Assembly: GCA_963761335.1 (NCBI GenBank)
Contig: CAVXGR010000018.1
Coordinates: forward strand, 160,001 to 224,000
Length of the DNA stretch: 64,000 nucleotides
Direction of reading: 5' to 3'
DNA from: an uncultured delta proteobacterium
GTDB lineage: Bacteria > Desulfobacterota > Binatia > HRBIN30 > BPIQ01
Positions within the stretch are counted from its first letter, which is position 1; every line of letters starts with the position of its first letter. The notes beneath the pieces are model-generated. The model ran no database searches. It was not told where the DNA came from and saw only the letters and a program-made list of their open reading frames with translations. The position numbers and the translations under genes were made by a program. Shown here piece by piece: positions 42,662 through 54,880 of the stretch.

Positions 42662-44271
42662 GCGGCTCTCCGTACCCCGGTGCGCTGAAAACGCCCCTCG
42701 CGCTCCCAGCGACTCGCGGCCAGTGAAACCATCAATAGATAGAAGACCAGAACCGCCCCGATGAAGCAGGCGGTGAGCAGCGCCGCTGGGCTGGCGGCGA
42801 GAGCCCGGACCTGCTCGGGAAAGTTCTGATATGCGAAGGCGCCGAGGATGGTCAGGAGATAGACGGGGCAGACATAGCGGATGATCCAGGCGAAGAAGCC
42901 GGGAATGCGCAGGTCGCTGCCGCGGTTCGCTTCTTCCAGCCCGCGCTCGGCGCCGAGCACCCATCCGAAGAGCAGCACCTCGAAGAGCGCCAGGACGATC
43001 AGCAGGGCGCTTCCCACCCAGAAATCCATCACGTTCAGGGCGACCGTGTCGCGCGTAAAGTAGACGACCAGAAGACTCCCCGTCGCCGTCAGTGAACCCA
43101 GCGCCGCCACCGCGGCGCGCCGCCCCATGTCGAAGCCTTCCTCGAAGAAGGCGATCGCCGGCTGCAGCATCGAGATCGAGCTGGTCACCGCCGCCAGGAA
43201 GAGGAGCCCGAACCAGAGGAAGCCGAAGGCGTGCCCGAAGGGGAGGTACTCGAACACCACCGGCACGGCGTGGAAGCCGAGGCCGATGCTGGAGCCGACG
43301 ACGTGAGCCAACGGCGCCGCCCCGAGGAAGAGGAAGGCCGCGGGGATGGTGATCAGGCCGCCCAGGCATACCTCGCAGAACTCGTTGGTCGCCGACGCCG
43401 TGAGGCTGGAGAGGACGACGTCGTCATCGGGGCGCAGGTAGCTGGCATAGGTGACGATGATGCCGAAGCCCACCGACAGCGAGAAGAAGATCTGGCCGGC
43501 GGCTTCGAGCCAGACCTGCGGGTCCGCGAGCGCCGAGAACAGACCGCCGTGGCCGGATGCCGGCTTTGGATTCCACATGAAGCCGAGGGCGCTGATGACG
43601 TTCTGCTCGGGCGCCGCCGGATTGGGTGTGCCCAGGGTCAGCACACGGATGAGGATGAAGATCGCCGCCACCACCAGCGCCGGCATCGCCCACTTGCAGA
43701 ACGCCTCGATGCCCTTCGACAGGCCGCGGTAGATGAGAGTGAAGTTGAGCGTGAAGCAGATCGCCAGAAAGACCAGCCCGGAGGAGCTGCCGTCGAACAG
43801 GGCCCCGTCGCGGGTGGCGCCGATGAAGTCGTTGAAGCGGGTGGAGAAGTAGGATGCGTAGCCGCTCGGATCGGCTCCCGGCTGCACGTGACCGGCGAGA
43901 TAGGCCCAGGCGTATCCGAGACACCACGACTCGATGAAGACGTAGTACATGTAGATGACCACGGGGATGAGCAGGGCGAGGGCGCCGAACACGCGCGAGG
44001 CGGTGTGGTTCCAGACGACGCTGAACAGCCCGGGGGCAGAGTTGAAACCGTAACGGCCACCGTACCGCCCGAGTGTCCATTCGAGCCAACAGATGGGGAT
44101 GCCGAGCACCAGGAGCGAGATGAAGTAGGGGATCATGAACGCCCCGCCGCCGTAGAGCGCGGCGCGTCCAGGAAAGCGCAGGAAGTTGCCCAGCCCGACG
44201 GCGGAGCCCGATACCGCGAGAATGACGCCCAAGCGGGTGCCCCAGTGCTCGGTTGTGCCGCTGGCTTTCAT
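42658..44271 (-). CDS. Sodium-dependent NSS/SNF family transporter
   Basis: GSAVGLGNFLRFP, GGGAFMIPY, QIFFSLSVGFG, AAVTSSISM. Confidence 0.95.
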   Translation of the reverse strand: MKASGTTEHWGTRLGVILAVSGSAVGLGNFLRFPGRAALYGGGAFMIPYFISLLVLGIPICWLEWTLGRYGGRYGFNSAPGLFSVVWNHTASRVFGALALLIPVVIYMYYVFIESWCLGYAWAYLAGHVQPGADPSGYASYFSTRFNDFIGATRDGALFDGSSSGLVFLAICFTLNFTLIYRGLSKGIEAFCKWAMPALVVAAIFILIRVLTLGTPNPAAPEQNVISALGFMWNPKPASGHGGLFSALADPQVWLEAAGQIFFSLSVGFGIIVTYASYLRPDDDVVLSSLTASATNEFCEVCLGGLITIPAAFLFLGAAPLAHVVGSSIGLGFHAVPVVFEYLPFGHAFGFLWFGLLFLAAVTSSISMLQPAIAFFEEGFDMGRRAAVAALGSLTATGSLLVVYFTRDTVALNVMDFWVGSALLIVLALFEVLLFGWVLGAERGLEEANRGSDLRIPGFFAWIIRYVCPVYLLTILGAFAYQNFPEQVRALAASPAALLTACFIGAVLVFYLLMVSLAASRWEREGRFQRTGVRRAA

Positions 44272-44346
44272 CGTTTCGCTGCCGCCCGAACCTGCCTAGC
44301 GGTCCCGGAGAAGTCAACGCGACGCGGCCGCTGCGGGCGTCGTCGC

Positions 44347-45141
44347 TCAGACGGAGCGGGCGATGGCGTAGACGATCACGCCGAAGACGATGCGGTAGTA
44401 GCCGAAGATGCGGAAATCGTGCGACTGCACGTAGATGATGAAGCCGCGGATGACGACCAGCGCCGAGACGAAGGCGGCGACGAAGCCCATTGCCAGCGGA
44501 GCGGCATCGGAGACCTCCAGCATCGGCAGGCTCTTGATCAGGCTGAAGAGGCTGGCGGCGGTGAGTGTCGGCAGCGCCAGATAGAATGAGAACTGCGTGG
44601 CCACCGGCCGGCTGAGTCCGACCAGCAGCCCGCCGATGATCGTCGAGCCGGCGCGTGAAACTCCGGGAAAGAGCGCCGTCACCTGGGCGATGCCCACCCA
44701 CAGCGCATCGCTCCAGCGCACCGCCTCGAGATCCTCGACCGCCGGAACGCGCGCACGGCTCTCGATCAGCAGGATCAGCAGTCCTCCCGCGATCAGCGCC
44801 GCGGCCACCGAGATGCTGTTGAAGAGGTACTCCTCGATGAGATGGTGGAAGAGTAAACCGATCGCCGCGGCCGGCAGAAAGGCGAGCATCACCTTGAGGC
44901 CGAGGTCGCGGGCCCGCGCGTCCGACGGCATGCGGCGCACCAGGTCGGTGAGCTCGCGCCGGTAGTGCCAGAACACCGCGAGAATGGCGCCGAGCTGGAT
45001 GAAGATCTCGAAGGTCGGAGCCTTGGCCTGGGGATAGTGGACGAACTCGCCGGCGATGATCAGATGCCCGGTCGAGGAGATCGGCAGAAACTCGGTGAAG
45101 CCTTCGACGATACCCAGAATGAGCGCTTTGAGTACGAGCAA
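44347..45141 (-). CDS. uppP: Undecaprenyl-diphosphatase
   Basis: GIVEGFTEFLPISSTGHL, IQLGAILAV, PGVSRAGSTI. Confidence 0.96.
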   Translation of the reverse strand: MLVLKALILGIVEGFTEFLPISSTGHLIIAGEFVHYPQAKAPTFEIFIQLGAILAVFWHYRRELTDLVRRMPSDARARDLGLKVMLAFLPAAAIGLLFHHLIEEYLFNSISVAAALIAGGLLILLIESRARVPAVEDLEAVRWSDALWVGIAQVTALFPGVSRAGSTIIGGLLVGLSRPVATQFSFYLALPTLTAASLFSLIKSLPMLEVSDAAPLAMGFVAAFVSALVVIRGFIIYVQSHDFRIFGYYRIVFGVIVYAIARSV

Positions 45142-45246
45142 GGGGCGGTCCTTTCCTCGGCGGGGGTGGTCCTCTCCTTGCCCCGGGCGGCACCGGTGCG
45201 GTGAGGAGCCGGCGGCGGCGGATGCGTCCCGCCGCCGCCAGCGAGA

Positions 45247-45897
45247 TCAGAGCTGTTTCTTGACGAAGTACCAGTCGGTGACCTCGACCGACTTGTCCTG
45301 CATGCGCTTCTCGGCGTCGGCGCTGGTCAATGGCGGCGGCACGATCACCTTGTCCCCCGGATGCCAGCCCTCGGGCGTCGCCACGCCCTTCGACTTGTTG
45401 AGCTGCAGGGCCTGTACGATGCGCATCACCTCGTCGACGCTGCGCCCGTTGGTGAGCGGATAGTAGATCATGGCGCGCAGCAGCCCTTCGTCATCGATGA
45501 TGAAGACGGCGCGCACCGTCGCCGTGCTGCTGGCGCCGGGATGGACCATGCCGTAGAGCGAGGCGACCTTCATGTCGAGGTCCGCAATCATTGGGTAGTC
45601 GACCTTGACGCCGAAGTGCTGCTCCATGTTGCGGGTCCAGGCGATGTGCGAGTACACGCTGTCGATGCTCAGGCCGATCAGCTGTACGTTCAGCTTCTTG
45701 AAATCGTCGTTCTTGCGCGCGAACTGCATCAGCTCCGTGGTGCACACCGGGGTGAAGTCGGCAGGATGCGAGAACAGCACCACCCACTTGCCGCGGTAGT
45801 TCGAGAGCTTGATCGGTCCCTGCGTGGACACCGCCTCGAAATCGGGTGCGGGCTCGTTCAGCCGGGGTAGACTTGCCTGCGCTTGCGCCGTGTCCAT
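45247..45897 (-). CDS. Peroxiredoxin (Prx6 type)
   Basis: FSHPADFTPVCTTE. Confidence 0.95.
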   Translation of the reverse strand: MDTAQAQASLPRLNEPAPDFEAVSTQGPIKLSNYRGKWVVLFSHPADFTPVCTTELMQFARKNDDFKKLNVQLIGLSIDSVYSHIAWTRNMEQHFGVKVDYPMIADLDMKVASLYGMVHPGASSTATVRAVFIIDDEGLLRAMIYYPLTNGRSVDEVMRIVQALQLNKSKGVATPEGWHPGDKVIVPPPLTSADAEKRMQDKSVEVTDWYFVKKQL

Positions 45898-45993
45898 AAG
45901 TTGCCACCTCCTGAAATTTTGGATGAGAATTGACCTCAGTAAGCGCCGCGCGCGGGCCTTGTCAAGGCGGAGCCGGGGGGATCGGACGGGCGC

Positions 45994-46062
45994 GGACAGG
46001 CACCTTTTCGGGCGCCGGCTATTCCTGGGCGCGACCTGCTCGGGCCGAAAAGGAGCCTGTCC
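45994..46062. repeat. Inverted repeat, GGACAGGC(A/T)CCTTTT family
   Basis: GGACAGGCACCTTTTCGG / CCGAAAAGGAGCCTGTCC. Confidence 0.8.
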
Positions 46063-46066
46063 CCTT

Positions 46067-47578
46067 TCAACCTGCCGGCTCGAAGGTGTTGATCCCGGAG
46101 GCGGCGTCGTGGCGGACGCGGCCCCGCCGTCCGATCATCTCCTGGCGCTCCATCGACTCGAGGAGGTCGCGGTCGGGCGGCGTATTGGCCCAGAAGCGAG
46201 CGCCGCTGTCCAGCCGGCCGACGATCAACCCGACCTCGGGTGCGCCGCTGCGGTCGTGGGTGACCGTGTAGGTCTCGATCGCCGCTTCGCCTTCGGCGGC
46301 GGCGACGCACTGCGGGTGCTTCATGGCATCGAGCCGATGCTGCAGCTCCTCGCCGGCGCCCCGCGGCTGCGGCTCGGCCGGCGGCGCGGTGCTGTAGACG
46401 CCGACGGAGTGCTTGGTGAGATACCAGCCGACGCCGGTCACCAGGCCCACGGCGCCCGGGTCCTGCCGCAGCCGCTGCGTCATCGCGGCGATGGCGTGCG
46501 ATGAGTAGTTGTTGCCGGGTCCGCCCGCATACGGCAATCCTCCGGTGACCGTGAGCGGCCGCGGGTCTCCCGGGGGAATGCCGAGCATTGCCGCGGCGAT
46601 CTGCGGCGCGCACGGGAAGCAGCTGTAGAGGTCGAGGTGACGCACCTGATGGATACCGACACCGGCCTGCGCCAGGGCGTCGGCGCCGGCGGCGGCGATC
46701 GCCGGGCTGCTGTGGAAGGCGACGCGGTCGCTGACGAACCAGAGATCGTTGGCGTCGGCGCCGCCGCGCACGTACACCCAGCGATCGGCGGGAATGCCGA
46801 GGCGGCGGGCCGTGGCGACGTTGGTGAGCAGCACCGCGGCGGATTGATCGACGTCCATGATGGCATTCATGAGCTTCGGATAGGGAAAGCCGATCATGCG
46901 GTTGGCGCTGCTCGGCGTCGACAGCTCCTCGGCGCTGCGCGCCTGGCGAAACCAGGCGTAGGGATTGTCGGCCGCCACCCGGGTGAAGGCGGCGGACAGC
47001 TCCCCGAGTCGGCGGCGCTGCTGCGCCACGTCCTCACGGCGCTGCGCCCGCAGGGCGTTCTCGAACAGCGGATAGATCTGCGTCGGCATCTGCGCCCGGT
47101 GCGCCTGCTCCACGGGTGTGTTGCCCCACTTGGTCTCGCCGACGGCCGCCGGAGTGCCGCTGCTCTCCGGCCACGGCAGCACGACGCCCTCGCGGCGCGC
47201 CAGCCGCAAGCTGTTCATCGCCTCGGCGCCGGCGATCAGCGCCGCCTGCACCTCGCCGCGGGCGATGCGCTGGGCCATGAGGTTCACGGCCCATTGCGGG
47301 CCATTGCCGCCGATTGCCGTGTAGAGCGCCTGTCGCGGGCGCGCCCCGAGGCGCGCCGCCAGCTGCGCCGGCGGGTCGGGATAGGACCAGGAGAGAATGT
47401 TGATCACTACCACCGCGTCGAGCTGCGCCAGCAGAGCGCCCCCGGCCTGCGTGTCCTCGGCGGCGCGCTCCGCGGCGAGCGCCATCATCTCGAGCGGTGG
47501 GCGCGCCTCGCGCAGATCGCCGGAGCGGTTGACGGTCTGACCGACGCCGACGATAATCGGCAGCTGCTCTTCTCGCAT
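46067..47578 (-). CDS. Thiolase-like (acetyl-CoA acetyltransferase family) protein
   Basis: IGGNGPQ, YPLFENA, PYPKLMNA, DLYSCFP, TVTGGLPYAGGPGNNY. Confidence 0.87.
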   Translation of the reverse strand: MREEQLPIIVGVGQTVNRSGDLREARPPLEMMALAAERAAEDTQAGGALLAQLDAVVVINILSWSYPDPPAQLAARLGARPRQALYTAIGGNGPQWAVNLMAQRIARGEVQAALIAGAEAMNSLRLARREGVVLPWPESSGTPAAVGETKWGNTPVEQAHRAQMPTQIYPLFENALRAQRREDVAQQRRRLGELSAAFTRVAADNPYAWFRQARSAEELSTPSSANRMIGFPYPKLMNAIMDVDQSAAVLLTNVATARRLGIPADRWVYVRGGADANDLWFVSDRVAFHSSPAIAAAGADALAQAGVGIHQVRHLDLYSCFPCAPQIAAAMLGIPPGDPRPLTVTGGLPYAGGPGNNYSSHAIAAMTQRLRQDPGAVGLVTGVGWYLTKHSVGVYSTAPPAEPQPRGAGEELQHRLDAMKHPQCVAAAEGEAAIETYTVTHDRSGAPEVGLIVGRLDSGARFWANTPPDRDLLESMERQEMIGRRGRVRHDAASGINTFEPAG

Positions 47579-47666
47579 GCTTCTCCCCGGGGACAGCGCC
47601 GCGGCTTGACGCGCGGCGGCGCTCTTCCATATTCAAGGAGCCTTTCCGATTCAAGGAGCCTTCCCG

Positions 47667-48662
47667 ATGAAAGAATCCAACCACCGCAGTCCCCTGCACA
47701 CCCCGATCTGCGACCGCTTCGGCATCAAGCACCCGATCCTCCTCGCCGGCATGGGAGGCGTGTCGATGCACCAGCTGGTCGCCGCGGTTTCGAATGCCGG
47801 CGGCCTCGGCGTGCTCGGCGCCGCCACGCTCGACGCCGAGCAGCTGCGGCGCGAGATCCGCAGGACCCGCGAGCTCACCGACAAGCCGTTCGCCGTCGAC
47901 CTGCTCGCCCCCATTCCGGACATGATTCGCCCGCAGATGCAGGTGGTCTTCGACGAGAAGGTCGAGATCTTCGTCGCCGGCCTGGCCGTGCCCCGCGAGT
48001 TCATCGTCGAGATGCACGAGCGCGGCATGCAGGTGGTGGTGATGATCGGCCGCGTGCGCCATGCGCAGAAGTCGCAGGAGGCGGGCGCCGACGTCGTCGC
48101 CGCCCAGGGCACCGAAGCCGGAGGGCACACCGGCGAGATCGGGGCCATGGCACTGGTGCCACAGGTGGTCGACGCGGTCGACATCCCGGTGCTGGCCGCC
48201 GGCGGCATCGCCGATGGCCGCCAGATGGTCGCCTCTCTGGCGCTGGGTGCGCAGGGTGTGGTGGTCGGCACGCGCTTCATCGCCACTCCGGAGGCGCAGG
48301 CGGCGCCCGCCTATCGCGCCGCCATCGTCGGCGCCGGTGAGGCCGACACGGTGCGCACCCGCTGCTACACCGGCAAGCCGGCGCGCACCATTCGCAACCG
48401 CTACAATGACGAATGGGAGCGCCGCAAGGACGAGATCCAGCCGTTCCCCATGCAGGTCGGCATCTCCATTCAGCAGCGGGTGATGGACTACATGGGGGTG
48501 ACCGGCGATGCCGATCCGGATCGCTGCTTCATGCCGGCCGGCCAGGGCGCCGGCCTGATTCGCGAGATCAAGCCGGCCGCCGAGGTGATGGCCGATCTGA
48601 TCGAGGAGGCGGAGACGGTGCTGCGCGGCGGTCTCTTCCGCGGCGACGGCGGTGGCGCCTGA
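47667..48662 (+). CDS. Nitronate monooxygenase / FabK-like flavoprotein
   Basis: AGMGGVS, SNAGGLG, QGTEAGGHTG, AAGGIADGR, GTRF, AGQG. Confidence 0.9.
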   Translation: MKESNHRSPLHTPICDRFGIKHPILLAGMGGVSMHQLVAAVSNAGGLGVLGAATLDAEQLRREIRRTRELTDKPFAVDLLAPIPDMIRPQMQVVFDEKVEIFVAGLAVPREFIVEMHERGMQVVVMIGRVRHAQKSQEAGADVVAAQGTEAGGHTGEIGAMALVPQVVDAVDIPVLAAGGIADGRQMVASLALGAQGVVVGTRFIATPEAQAAPAYRAAIVGAGEADTVRTRCYTGKPARTIRNRYNDEWERRKDEIQPFPMQVGISIQQRVMDYMGVTGDADPDRCFMPAGQGAGLIREIKPAAEVMADLIEEAETVLRGGLFRGDGGGA

Positions 48663-48711
48663 GGCCGCGCTCCTTGACCCGGCGGCCCCCGGCAGCCGAT
48701 AGTGCGGCCTG

Positions 48712-49011
48712 ATGGCAAGCGAAGCGCAAGATTCCCCTTCGCAAGATTCCCCTTCGGAAGACTTCGTCGAGCTGCCGGCGGACCGCTTCTATCACGGCAT
48801 CATCGTCAAGCTCTTCCGCGGTCGCCAGGGCGGCGTGGTGCGCACCGCCAGCGGACGCGAGGTCCCCTTTCACTTCTTGCACGTCACCCCGCTCGGCGGC
48901 CTGCGGCACTTCGAGGATCTGCGCCAGGGAATGCGCGTCGGCTACGACGTCGGCTGGACGGCGCGAGGATTGCGCGTCACGGTGTTGCGCCCGCTGGATG
49001 CCGACGAGTAG
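48712..49011 (+). CDS. Small cold-shock-like OB-fold protein
   Basis: GIIVKLF...GVV...GREVPFH...FEDLRQGMRVGYDV...GLRV. Confidence 0.65.
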   Translation: MASEAQDSPSQDSPSEDFVELPADRFYHGIIVKLFRGRQGGVVRTASGREVPFHFLHVTPLGGLRHFEDLRQGMRVGYDVGWTARGLRVTVLRPLDADE

Positions 49012-49029
49012 GCCGCGTCCTTCGTTCCG

Positions 49030-49177
49030 TCATCCCCCGTTCTCGTTCCCGGTTCTCGTCCCCTCGTTTTCCGTTGTTCTGCAAGCTCGCGTAACTCGGT
49101 TGGCAGCGGCTCATTCGCGGCTGTCAGAGCGAATGGAAGACGACGGGACGAGAACCGGGAATGAGAACGGGGGATGA
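49030..49177. repeat. 46-bp imperfect inverted repeat with ~6-bp periodicity
   Basis: 49030-49075 vs reverse complement of 49132-49177, 4 mismatches. Confidence 0.8.
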
Positions 49178-49194
49178 AACTCAGAAGAGGGGAG

Positions 49195-49226
49195 AGGCAG
49201 GGGAGTGGCGAACCACGCCCCTGCCT
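49195..49226 (-). terminator. Terminator-like hairpin downstream of small ORF
   Basis: AGGCAGGGGcGTGG-ttcg-CCACtCCCCTGCCT on minus strand, followed by a pyrimidine tract. Confidence 0.65.
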
Positions 49227-49292
49227 TCGGGGGAGTACCCGGAATGTCCAGGAGGGGGGAGGACAGTACCGGGCGGGGGAAAAGCAGTTTCT

Positions 49293-49463
49293 CTAAGCCA
49301 GGGCAGCCGCCGGGCGGCGCCGAGTGCCGAATCTCTCGCTCAAGATCACGCGGCGGGTCTTCAGCATGTGCTCGATGACCGCCACCGCTTCCTCGTCGGA
49401 GCGCGCCGAATCCTGCACCGTGCGCACGACATCGAGTAAGGTCAGATCGGCTGCTCTCTTCAT
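49293..49463 (-). CDS. Small hypothetical protein (56 aa)
   Basis: MKRAADLTLLDVVRTVQDSARSDEEAVAVIEHMLKTRRVILSERFGTRRRPAAALA; SD GGAGAGG; promoter and terminator flank it; below ORF-track cutoff. Confidence 0.7.
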   Translation of the reverse strand: MKRAADLTLLDVVRTVQDSARSDEEAVAVIEHMLKTRRVILSERFGTRRRPAAALA

Positions 49464-49563
49464 CTTTTCATCCTCTCCGAGACGAACCGCGCCATGTTGC
49501 CTCCACTTGGGACCGCCCCACGACGCCTTTCTGGCTCCGTCTCTTCACTTGCCAGTTTGCTTA

Positions 49564-49580
49564 AGCAGGGCACGTGCCAA
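49564..49580 (-). promoter_or_regulatory. Sigma54 (-24/-12) promoter
   Basis: TTGGCACGTGCCCTGCT matches TGGCAC-N5-(T/C)TGC with correct spacing. Confidence 0.7.
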
Positions 49581-49799
49581 GCCGATGGCCTATCTTTCCC
49601 GTTGGTTTGGACTCCGCTGGCGTTCACAAGTGGGTGCTTTCAGCCGGCGGGTGCTGTCAAAAAAGTCGTCGCGTTTACAGGAATCGGCGAAAAAGCCGCG
49701 CTCCCGGGATAGCTGCTTGGATAGTGGCGACTTCTTCTCGGAGACGTTGCCTTCCGCTCGCGCGTTCGCTCTATTGCCCGGCGAGGATTCTTTCCACCA

Positions 49800-50600
49800 T
49801 TGCGAAGCTCCAGGCTCACCGCCGCGCTGCTGGTTGCCGTGATCTTCTTGGGATCATGGCAGCTGTATCCGAAGGTGCGGGCGGCGGTCCTCTCCTACGA
49901 GCAGAGCCCGGCGGCGCGCGGTCGCCAGCTGGCCGAGCAGTTCGGTTGCTTCAGCTGTCACGGGCCCGAGGGCCGGGGGGGCGTTCCCAACCCCGGCAGC
50001 CATTGGGAAACGGTACCGAGCTTCGGCGAGCAGACGTTGATGATGTTCGTGGTCAACGATGGCGAGCTGCGCGAGTACATCCTCGACAGCGCTCCGGCGC
50101 GCAAGCGTCGCGACCCAGCCTACGCCGAGGAGATGAAGAAGCAGGCGCTGCACATGCCGGCCTTTCGCGGCTTTGTCAGCGACGGCGAGGTGGACGACCT
50201 GGTCGCCTATGTGCGCGCCACCTCGGGCATGCTGTCGCCGCCGGAGGCCGCCGTAGCGCGCGGCGCGGCGGTGGTGCAGCGGCTCGGCTGCTTTCACTGC
50301 CACGGGGATATGGGGATCGGCGGGCGCAACAACCCTGGGTCGCTGAAGGGCTACATCCCCGGCTTCTTCGGCGAGGATTTTCGCGACCTGGTGCGCAGCG
50401 ACGAGGAGCTGCTGTCGTGGATCCGCGACGGCGTGATCGAACGCATCACCGATCATCCGATCGGCGGCTATTTCTTTTCCCGGCAGCGCATTCGCATGCC
50501 GGCCTACAAGGAGTTTGCCAGCGACGCCGAGATCACCGACGCCGCGGCGTACGTGCGCTGGCTCGCTTCGGGCGCATGGCAGAAGCAGCCGCTCGAGTAG
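49800..50600 (+). CDS. Diheme c-type cytochrome
   Basis: N-terminal TM; CFSCH and CFHCH, each followed by MPA(F/Y). Confidence 0.9.
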   Translation: MRSSRLTAALLVAVIFLGSWQLYPKVRAAVLSYEQSPAARGRQLAEQFGCFSCHGPEGRGGVPNPGSHWETVPSFGEQTLMMFVVNDGELREYILDSAPARKRRDPAYAEEMKKQALHMPAFRGFVSDGEVDDLVAYVRATSGMLSPPEAAVARGAAVVQRLGCFHCHGDMGIGGRNNPGSLKGYIPGFFGEDFRDLVRSDEELLSWIRDGVIERITDHPIGGYFFSRQRIRMPAYKEFASDAEITDAAAYVRWLASGAWQKQPLE

Positions 50601-50625
50601 CGCGCCGGCCGGCGGCGCCGCGGCG

Positions 50626-53079
<2,454 letters not shown>

Positions 53080-53080
53080 G

Positions 53081-53290
53081 ATAGTTGCTCGATTTCTCGG
53101 TTTCTCGGTGGCTCAGTGGGTTGGTTCTCGGGTTTCCGGGTTGTCGAGTTCGTCGAGGGGTTGCGCTGATGGTTTGAAGCGCGTCAAGAGATCTCGGCCC
53201 GGCTCCGGCGTGGCTGTAGTCAAACGCGACAACCCGGCAACCCGAGTCACCGAGAAACCGAGTCACCGAGAAACCGAGCCACCGATCCAC
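53081..53290. repeat. Inverted 8-bp-period repeat element
   Basis: (TTTCTCGG)n left arm, (NNACCGAG)n right arm; homolog of 12309-12452. Confidence 0.8.
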
Positions 53291-53330
53291 TCTCTTTGAT
53301 TCGGGGTTCATTCCAGCTACTTTTGGGCCG

Positions 53331-53873
53331 ATGGCTCTGCGGAAGATATTGAAGTTTCCAGCGGATGTGCTGCAGCAGAAGGCGGCGCCGGTGGACAACA
53401 TCGACGGCGAGGTCGACGCCTTGGTGAAGGACCTGGTCGACACCATGTACGACGCCCCGGGCGTCGGCCTGGCGGCTCCGCAGGTGGGCAGCGGCCAGCG
53501 CATCATCGTCCTCGACACCGACACCGACAACCCCGGCAAGCAGCTGCTGAAGCTGGTCAACCCAGTGATCGTCGAGCGCGAGGGACGCATCGTCTGGGAG
53601 GAGGGCTGCCTGAGTGTCTTCGATTTGACTGCCGAGGTTTGCCGCTCCAAGCGCGTGCTGGTGAAGGCCTGGACGCCCGATCAGAAGGAGATCGAGATCG
53701 AGGCGGAGGACCTGCTCGCCGTCGCCCTGCAGCACGAGATCGATCACCTCGACGGCAAGCTGTTCATCGACCACATCAGTCGCCTCAAGCGCGACCTCTA
53801 CAAGCGCCGGTTGCGGAAGCTGATCCGCGAGGGCGCCTCGCTCGACGCCCAGACGGACGGCGTCCACATCTGA
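53331..53873 (+). CDS. def: Peptide deformylase
   Basis: GVGLAAPQVG, EGCLS, QHEIDH. Confidence 0.97.
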   Translation: MALRKILKFPADVLQQKAAPVDNIDGEVDALVKDLVDTMYDAPGVGLAAPQVGSGQRIIVLDTDTDNPGKQLLKLVNPVIVEREGRIVWEEGCLSVFDLTAEVCRSKRVLVKAWTPDQKEIEIEAEDLLAVALQHEIDHLDGKLFIDHISRLKRDLYKRRLRKLIREGASLDAQTDGVHI

Positions 53874-53902
53874 TCGCGCCGCCGGCCTTGGCCGGCAGCG
53901 AA

Positions 53903-54880
53903 ATGGCGGAGGAGCGCATGCGCGTCGTTTTCATGGGCACCCCGGAGTTCGCCGTGCCGATTCTCGAGGCGCTGCGCCGCGGTCCCGACGAGCTCTGCGG
54001 CGTGGTCTGCCAGCCGGATCGGCCGGCCGGCCGTGGGCGCAAGCTCACGCCGCCGCCGGTGAAGCGAGCCGCTCTGCTCCACGGCATCCCCGTGCTGCAG
54101 CCGGAGAAGCTGCGCGCCGCCGAGGCGCTCGAGCAGATACGCCACCTGGCGCCGGAGCTGATCGCGGTCGCCGCCTATGGCAAGATCCTCCCCCCGGCGT
54201 GGCTGCAGCTACCGCCTCGCGGCTGCGTCAACGTCCACGCCTCCCTGCTGCCCCGGTACCGCGGCGCCGCCCCCATTCAATGGGCGATTCTCGAGGGCGA
54301 GACGGTGACCGGGGTCACCATCATGCAGATGAACGAGCGCATGGACGCCGGCGACATCCTGCTGCAGCGCGACACCGCGATTGGCCCGGAGGAGACCTGT
54401 GGCCAGCTCCAGGAGCGGCTGGCGGAGCTCGGCGCCCTGGCGCTCTGCGAGGCGATCGAGGGGCTGCGCCGCGGCGAGCTGCGGGCGCGGCCGCAGGACG
54501 AGTCGGCGGCGACTCTGGCACCGCGCCTCGAGAAGGCGGACGGGCGCATCGACTGGCGCCGGCCGGCAGTCGAGATCGAGCGGCGCACTCGCGCCTTCAA
54601 TCCCTGGCCTTCGGCGTACACGCAGCTCGGCGACCTGCAGCTCAAGGTCCACCGGGCTCGCGTCGTCGTCACCGACGAGCCAAGCGCCTCGCGCCCTCCC
54701 GCGGAGGCGGTGCCGGGGACCGTTGTCGAAGTCCGCGACCTTCCCGTGGTCGCCTGCGGGGAAGGCCTCCTCCGCCTCGAGGAGGTGCAGCTCGAGGGAC
54801 GGCAACAGCTCGACGGAGCCTCCTTTGCGCGCGGCGCGCGCCTGCAGCGCGGCGTCGTTCTCGGCGGCGATGCCGACTGA
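53903..54880 (+). CDS. fmt: Methionyl-tRNA formyltransferase
   Basis: FMGTPEFA, NVHASLLPRYRGAAPIQ, MDAGD. Confidence 0.97.
   Translation: MAEERMRVVFMGTPEFAVPILEALRRGPDELCGVVCQPDRPAGRGRKLTPPPVKRAALLHGIPVLQPEKLRAAEALEQIRHLAPELIAVAAYGKILPPAWLQLPPRGCVNVHASLLPRYRGAAPIQWAILEGETVTGVTIMQMNERMDAGDILLQRDTAIGPEETCGQLQERLAELGALALCEAIEGLRRGELRARPQDESAATLAPRLEKADGRIDWRRPAVEIERRTRAFNPWPSAYTQLGDLQLKVHRARVVVTDEPSASRPPAEAVPGTVVEVRDLPVVACGEGLLRLEEVQLEGRQQLDGASFARGARLQRGVVLGGDAD

Noticed and set aside
48726..48755. 15-bp in-frame tandem duplication (QDSPS x2); also EEEP repeats at the tatC C-terminus
   Set aside because: Trivial slippage in disordered protein termini.
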